DNA of 64,000 bases from a phage. A program made the translations under genes and the position numbers. The DNA is taken from the NCBI GenBank assembly GCA_019326865.1, contig GCA_019326865.1_4101.1; one strand, written 5' to 3'. The notes beneath the pieces were generated by a model, which saw only the letters and a program-made list of their open reading frames with translations, was not told the origin of the DNA and did not search any database. Below, piece after piece: positions 59,785 to 64,000 of the stretch (positions within the stretch are counted from its first letter, which is position 1; each line of letters begins with the position of its first letter).

Positions 59785-59812
59785 TTGCAAAGTAAGTTAA
59801 AAGGCGTATAAT
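59785..59812 (+). promoter_or_regulatory. promoter, family B (TTGCAA-N16-TATAAT) + 5' hairpin
   Basis: Hairpin GTGGGGAA-TAC-TTCCCCAC at 59825-59843. Confidence 0.55.
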
Positions 59813-59862
59813 ACTTTCTATCAGGTGGGGAATACTTCCCCACTACATAAGAGGATTTAAAA

Positions 59863-60093
59863 ATGGCTACCATGTACATGACCGAAGTTAAAACCGTAAA
59901 AGATACTACCACAAATAAAACTACTTACTTACAGCGGATCTGTGGTGTATGGCAACGTATTAGTAAAGTAAAGTACTTTAAATTAACATCATATGCCAAT
60001 CGTTCGGATTCATTCAGTACTGAAATAAAAGGTAATAAAGTACACCAATACGGCACTTATTATTATTATAGCCTGGACGCGATTGCAGTATAA
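59863..60093 (+). CDS. hypothetical protein
   Basis: 76 aa; SD GAGGAT. Confidence 0.5.
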   Translation: MATMYMTEVKTVKDTTTNKTTYLQRICGVWQRISKVKYFKLTSYANRSDSFSTEIKGNKVHQYGTYYYYSLDAIAV

Positions 60094-60340
60094 GCAGTTT
60101 ACAAATCTTTACAATTGCCGGTATTGACTTAAAATGTCAGTACTGGCATAATGTATCTATTGAAACGAACAATTTGGCCCACGGGGTGCGGGAGTGTATC
60201 TATAGAAAAAGTAGTTTAGTACAGTTACAATTGTGCACCCGGTGGGTTAGCTGTTGTCATGGGGTATATTATGCCAGTACTTGATAATGCTGTCAATACC
60301 TTTTTACTATTCAGTACTGAAAACTATTTGATAAAAAGTA

Positions 60341-60368
60341 CTTGCAAACTATGTTTAAAGGCGTATAA
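60341..60368 (+). promoter_or_regulatory. promoter, family B (TTGCAA-N16-TATAAT) + 5' hairpin
   Basis: Followed by TTTTACATCAGG and imperfect hairpin ACGGGGAAC...CTTCCCGT; no ORF before next promoter. Confidence 0.5.
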
Positions 60369-60458
60369 TGTTTTACATCAGGACGGGGAACGAAATAAGT
60401 AACTTCCCGTTAAGTAGCCCAGGAGTAAGGCATACGAAAAACTCCCCTGATAAAATAG

Positions 60459-60487
60459 TTTGACAATTGTTTTTAAAAGCGTATAAT
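60459..60487 (+). promoter_or_regulatory. sigma70-type promoter (TTGACA-N17-TATAAT)
   Basis: Upstream of ORF 60520. Confidence 0.5.
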
Positions 60488-60519
60488 ACTTACATCAACT
60501 ACTTAATGAGGGTTACAAA

Positions 60520-61131
60520 ATGAAAACTATCACTACTACTACTTATGTTATGGATTTTTCTGAATTAAACGCAGAACAAAAAACGTCAGCTATCGAACTG
60601 GTTCGGGAACGTGAAAAAAACTTAAACGACGATTATTTTTCTGAAAGTGAAATTGAATACTATAAAGAAACAGTACTACCGGAATATGGCATTAATGAAG
60701 CTGAAATACAATTCAGTGGTTTTTGGTCGCAGGGTGACGGTGCATCAATTAGTACTGACCACGTTGACGCAGTGAAGTTTTTACGTAAGGTAAGAGCATT
60801 AACTAAGTATCGCTCAATCCGTCACCTGCTGAATGAAGATGATTTGGCGATGAGTGTAAAGCGTTCTCACTCCCGCTACTCACATGAGAACACTGTAAGC
60901 GGGTACATTGAATCGGCTTACACTGATTTAACCGCAAAACAAGAAACGTTAGTTAATGGGCTTGAGGAACTGCTCACTGATACTATTCGTGAATTGTCAC
61001 GCAAGTTATACCGTGATTTAGAGAATGCATATGAGGATCAATTCACTACTGAAAACATCGTATCACTGATTGAGGGTAACGAATATCAATTCAATGTTAT
61101 TGATGGCGTAGTAGAATCAATTGCATATTAA
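60520..61131 (+). CDS. hypothetical protein
   Basis: 203 aa; SD GAGGGT. Confidence 0.55.
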   Translation: MKTITTTTYVMDFSELNAEQKTSAIELVREREKNLNDDYFSESEIEYYKETVLPEYGINEAEIQFSGFWSQGDGASISTDHVDAVKFLRKVRALTKYRSIRHLLNEDDLAMSVKRSHSRYSHENTVSGYIESAYTDLTAKQETLVNGLEELLTDTIRELSRKLYRDLENAYEDQFTTENIVSLIEGNEYQFNVIDGVVESIAY

Positions 61132-61138
61132 AAAGTAC

Positions 61139-61166
61139 TTGCAAACTAAGTTTAAAAGCGTATAAT
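61139..61166 (+). promoter_or_regulatory. promoter, family B (TTGCAA-N16-TATAAT) + 5' hairpin
   Basis: Hairpin GCGGGGGAA-TGG-TTCCCCTGC at 61180-61200. Confidence 0.55.
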
Positions 61167-61222
61167 ACTTTATATCGAGGCGGGGGAATGGTTCCCCTGC
61201 TCAAACAAACGAGGATTTAAAA

Positions 61223-61462
61223 ATGGCTAGTACTAAAACTTACAACGGACACAAAAACAAAACTCATTGGAATGTTTCATTGTGGATTAATAACGATGAA
61301 TCATTATACCGGATTGCTCAAAATTGCATCGCTCAAAGTAAAACGAAAGATATTGCAGCGGAATTTATGTACCGCAGATTAAAAGCCAACGGTACTACTA
61401 CAACGCCGGACGGATTCAAGTATAGCACTACGGCGATCCGTGCTGCAATGGTTGGAATGTAA
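61223..61462 (+). CDS. hypothetical protein, 79-aa paralog B
   Basis: SD GAGGAT; same KNKTHWNVSLWINNDESLYR and PDGFKYSTTAIRAAMVGM blocks as 59187 ORF. Confidence 0.6.
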   Translation: MASTKTYNGHKNKTHWNVSLWINNDESLYRIAQNCIAQSKTKDIAAEFMYRRLKANGTTTTPDGFKYSTTAIRAAMVGM

Positions 61463-61518
61463 CATTCAGTACTGAATCAATGGCGGGTGTGGTTCCCGCC
61501 TTTACTGAGGATTATCTA

Positions 61519-61800
61519 ATGAGTAAAGTAATTAACTATACAGTACTAAGCAAGTCATTATCTATTAGCCAGTGCACCGATGGTTTTTGGCTGTACGATG
61601 AAACGCGTGGCATGAATTTAGCTATGCAGGAGAAAACTGCTGATGCGGCATATCTTAAAGCACTGGAATACTACCAGAAGCGTTTAACGGAAGTAGAAAA
61701 CGATTATAATAACCTTAAAGCGAAAGTGGATAATTTCGTTGGTCAATTCGTTGACGATGACGAGGGGCACTACTGCGACCGTTGTGGATCTTACAGTTAA
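61519..61800 (+). CDS. hypothetical protein
   Basis: SD GAGGAT before ATG 61519; track start 61480 rejected. Confidence 0.45.
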   Translation: MSKVINYTVLSKSLSISQCTDGFWLYDETRGMNLAMQEKTADAAYLKALEYYQKRLTEVENDYNNLKAKVDNFVGQFVDDDEGHYCDRCGSYS

Positions 61801-61817
61801 GTACTAAGGATTATATA

Positions 61818-62021
61818 ATGAGTGATTTAATTGAACGTATCAAAGAGCTTGAAGAAAAAGAATTGCAGTTGATCGGTTTACAGAATAAAATCTATCATGA
61901 TTTGGGGAGTTTTATCAATGCGTGGGATAATGGCGATCCTGATGCGTTACCTGCTAACCGCCAGGCAATGATCAATGATGTGCGTGGTGTCTTTGAGTAT
62001 GTTTTAAAGCAATTAAATTAA
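61818..62021 (+). CDS. hypothetical protein
   Basis: SD AAGGAT before ATG 61818. Confidence 0.45.
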   Translation: MSDLIERIKELEEKELQLIGLQNKIYHDLGSFINAWDNGDPDALPANRQAMINDVRGVFEYVLKQLN

Positions 62022-62031
62022 AAAAAAGTAC

Positions 62032-62059
62032 TTGCAATTAGTTTTTAGTACTGTATAAT
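62032..62059 (+). promoter_or_regulatory. promoter, family B (TTGCAA-N16-TGTATAAT) + 5' hairpin
   Basis: Hairpin AGGGGAGAA-ATG-GTTCTCCCT at 62070-62090. Confidence 0.55.
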
Positions 62060-62109
62060 GTTTTACATAGAGGGGAGAAATGGTTCTCCCTGGTAATGAG
62101 GAAAATACA

Positions 62110-62331
62110 ATGGCTAATATCACTACTCTTTCTCAACTGGAAGCACTGGTTAAATCTATGCGGGAACATGCCGACAAAATCGGCGTAAAAGATCCAGCCG
62201 TTTGCTTCTGCGACGAAATGAATGATGATACATTGGTAATAGCAGAAGTTCAGGACGTTTCTAACTATTCATCGCGTTACACTGGCGGCGTAGCAAATAA
62301 AGGTGACTTCTGTTTATACCTTACCAAATAA
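62110..62331 (+). CDS. hypothetical protein
   Basis: SD GAGGAAAA before ATG 62110; first ATG lies inside 5' hairpin and was rejected. Confidence 0.5.
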   Translation: MANITTLSQLEALVKSMREHADKIGVKDPAVCFCDEMNDDTLVIAEVQDVSNYSSRYTGGVANKGDFCLYLTK

Positions 62332-62336
62332 CAACG

Positions 62337-62366
62337 CGGGGAGATAATAACTCCCCGTTACTTTTT
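62337..62366 (+). terminator. rho-independent terminator
   Basis: CGGGGAG-ATAATAA-CTCCCCG followed by T-run. Confidence 0.55.
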
Positions 62367-62499
62367 CAGTACTGAATAATTTAATAGACGGATCTATGCA
62401 CCCAGTGGGTTAGTGACTGTTTCGTCTTTATGTAGTAATTATGCCAGTACTGGATGCACTTGTCAACAACTATTTTTCAAATACTTTTTATTAAAATAC

Positions 62500-62527
62500 T
62501 TGCAATTAGTTTTTAAACGCGTATAAT
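62500..62527 (+). promoter_or_regulatory. promoter, family B (TTGCAA-N16-TATAAT) + 5' hairpin
   Basis: Hairpin GGGGGAGCGGTTCCCC at 62538-62553. Confidence 0.55.
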
Positions 62528-62574
62528 GTTTTGCATAGGGGGAGCGGTTCCCCTGGTAACTAAGGAATAAGAAA

Positions 62575-62811
62575 ATGGTCGAACAAATCAAATCAACGTC
62601 TTCGAATGTAACGGGAACGGTAGCACACTTTACTTGTGATGAATCGCGGGGCGTTCCCTATTGTGCTGTACATGTAAACACTGAGGGTAACTACTGGTTT
62701 ACGGTTTACGGATCATATTCATTTGGACGGCCAGGGCATCAAAAAATTCTGGATAAAGTACAACCAACGGGTAAAAATATCACTGCCGAAATGTTTTATA
62801 AAAACAAATAA
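62575..62811 (+). CDS. hypothetical protein
   Basis: 78-aa ORF. Confidence 0.5.
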   Translation: MVEQIKSTSSNVTGTVAHFTCDESRGVPYCAVHVNTEGNYWFTVYGSYSFGRPGHQKILDKVQPTGKNITAEMFYKNK

Positions 62812-62828
62812 AAGTACTTGATAATAGT

Positions 62829-62856
62829 TTGACTATGTATTACAGTACTGTATAAT
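62829..62856 (+). promoter_or_regulatory. promoter (TTGACT-N16-TGTATAAT) + 5' hairpin
   Basis: Spacer contains TACAGTACTG; hairpin AGGGGCGAA-TAG-TTTGCCCCT. Confidence 0.5.
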
Positions 62857-62905
62857 AGATACATAAGGGGCGAATAGTTTGCCCCTAGTACAAAGGGGAA
62901 ACATT

Positions 62906-63136
62906 ATGCCAGGCCGAATAGTTTTACTTAACGCTGGAAGTACTACACAACTCCTTAACGCCGTGTATTATGATATTGAAACGAGCGTCAATCTTATCAG
63001 TACTGTAGTATTGTTGGACACTGGAAAGGTCGCAAATGATAAAGCGATTGCAGGTATACTAACGGATCTTAAACCAGGTTGCAGTACTCCAATAACTTTA
63101 AATGATAAAGTGTTTAATATTTTACTAACTGATTAA
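62906..63136 (+). CDS. hypothetical protein
   Basis: SD AAGGGGAAA before ATG 62906. Confidence 0.5.
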   Translation: MPGRIVLLNAGSTTQLLNAVYYDIETSVNLISTVVLLDTGKVANDKAIAGILTDLKPGCSTPITLNDKVFNILLTD

Positions 63137-63142
63137 GTACAT

Positions 63143-63170
63143 AGCCCACCTGGTGGGCTTTTTTGTTTTT
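63143..63170 (+). terminator. rho-independent terminator
   Basis: AGCCCACC/GGTGGGCT hairpin + T-run. Confidence 0.7.
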
Positions 63171-63208
63171 GTAGTACTGCATACTTTGAAAATAGTTTTA
63201 AAAAAGTA

Positions 63209-63237
63209 GTTGACATTACCGCAAAAAGGCGTAGAAT
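63209..63237 (+). promoter_or_regulatory. sigma70-type promoter (TTGACA-N17-TAGAAT)
   Basis: Followed by TTACATCAAG leader. Confidence 0.5.
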
Positions 63238-63360
63238 GTATTACATCAAGACGGGGAGCACTAAGTAGACCGCCAGTAAGTCGAACGAAAAACTGGACAC
63301 GTCGAGAAAACTTTGATACACTAACTAACATAAACTAAACTTTAATTGAGGATTTATAAA

Positions 63361-63843
63361 ATGGCTAATGTAAAATCATTTCTGAAAGCACTGATTTCTA
63401 ACGATACTGCTATTGCTGCTGAATTGCTGGCGGATCTGGATAGCGATACCATGAAAGCGGTACGCAACAATTTTAACATTGCGTACAGTGAAGCTAAAGA
63501 ACTGCAAGCCAAAAAGATAGCAGAACTGGAAGAACAGAAAAAAGCCCGTGAAGAAGAATTACAAGCAACAATTGAAAGTATTCAGGCGGCGGTTGCAGGG
63601 TTGGATCTGGAAGTAGTTATTGAAATGGCACATAAAGCCCTGGCAGTTAAGTACGGTGAAGATAAGCCAGTATCTAAACCTAAAAAATGGATTCAGGAAC
63701 GCGTAACGGTTGTTCTTGATAATGGCGAGGAACATTTAATTCCCGTGCGTGGTAACTGCATTGCGGTAGTTCTGGATGCTATCAAAGAAAGCGGATTGAC
63801 TCGCGAGGAATGGATCGAAGCTCACCGCAAGATTGAAGCATAA
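63361..63843 (+). CDS. hypothetical protein
   Basis: SD GAGGAT before ATG 63361. Confidence 0.55.
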   Translation: MANVKSFLKALISNDTAIAAELLADLDSDTMKAVRNNFNIAYSEAKELQAKKIAELEEQKKAREEELQATIESIQAAVAGLDLEVVIEMAHKALAVKYGEDKPVSKPKKWIQERVTVVLDNGEEHLIPVRGNCIAVVLDAIKESGLTREEWIEAHRKIEA

Positions 63844-63864
63844 CAATTAAAGTACTGAATCACT

Positions 63865-63892
63865 AGCCCACTTCTTATAGTGGGCTTTTTTG
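63865..63892 (+). terminator. rho-independent terminator
   Basis: AGCCCACT-TCTTAT-AGTGGGCT + T6. Confidence 0.7.
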
Positions 63893-64000
63893 TGTTTATC
63901 GTTTACCAGTCCACTAGCACCGCCTAGAATCGATTCTAACGCATTAAACTGGTCGCCCTAGCTGGTGGCATTAATGCCGTTAGAACGCGATTGAGGACGT

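Overview
AT-rich window that reads as the plastic early region of a large virulent T4-type myophage. Nothing was searched against a database; every call comes from reading motifs, and all coordinates of RNA and regulatory features were counted by hand. The window holds dense plus-strand strings of small ORFs, 7 scattered tRNAs, three HNH and one GIY-YIG-like endonuclease genes, a clear homolog of T4 endonuclease V (DenV), and repeated promoter/stem-loop cassettes. The most unusual part is 43.4-56.7 kb: eight tandem small 3-TM membrane paralogs, then five tandem diverged RCC1-like beta-propeller genes on the minus strand that share an N-terminal MLPFGRMVKYGN tag, then a divergently transcribed array of about 14 translationally coupled ~60-aa paralogs. 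This is followed by a 2-kb ORF-free iteron-rich segment and a visibly GC-richer block (58.6-64 kb) with a different promoter dialect. Other candidates are a DUF262-HNH-methyltransferase module beside denV, a sigma70-like factor followed by a 0.6-kb ORF-free structured region, and a kinase-like ORF. No CRISPR array, integrase or rRNA was seen.
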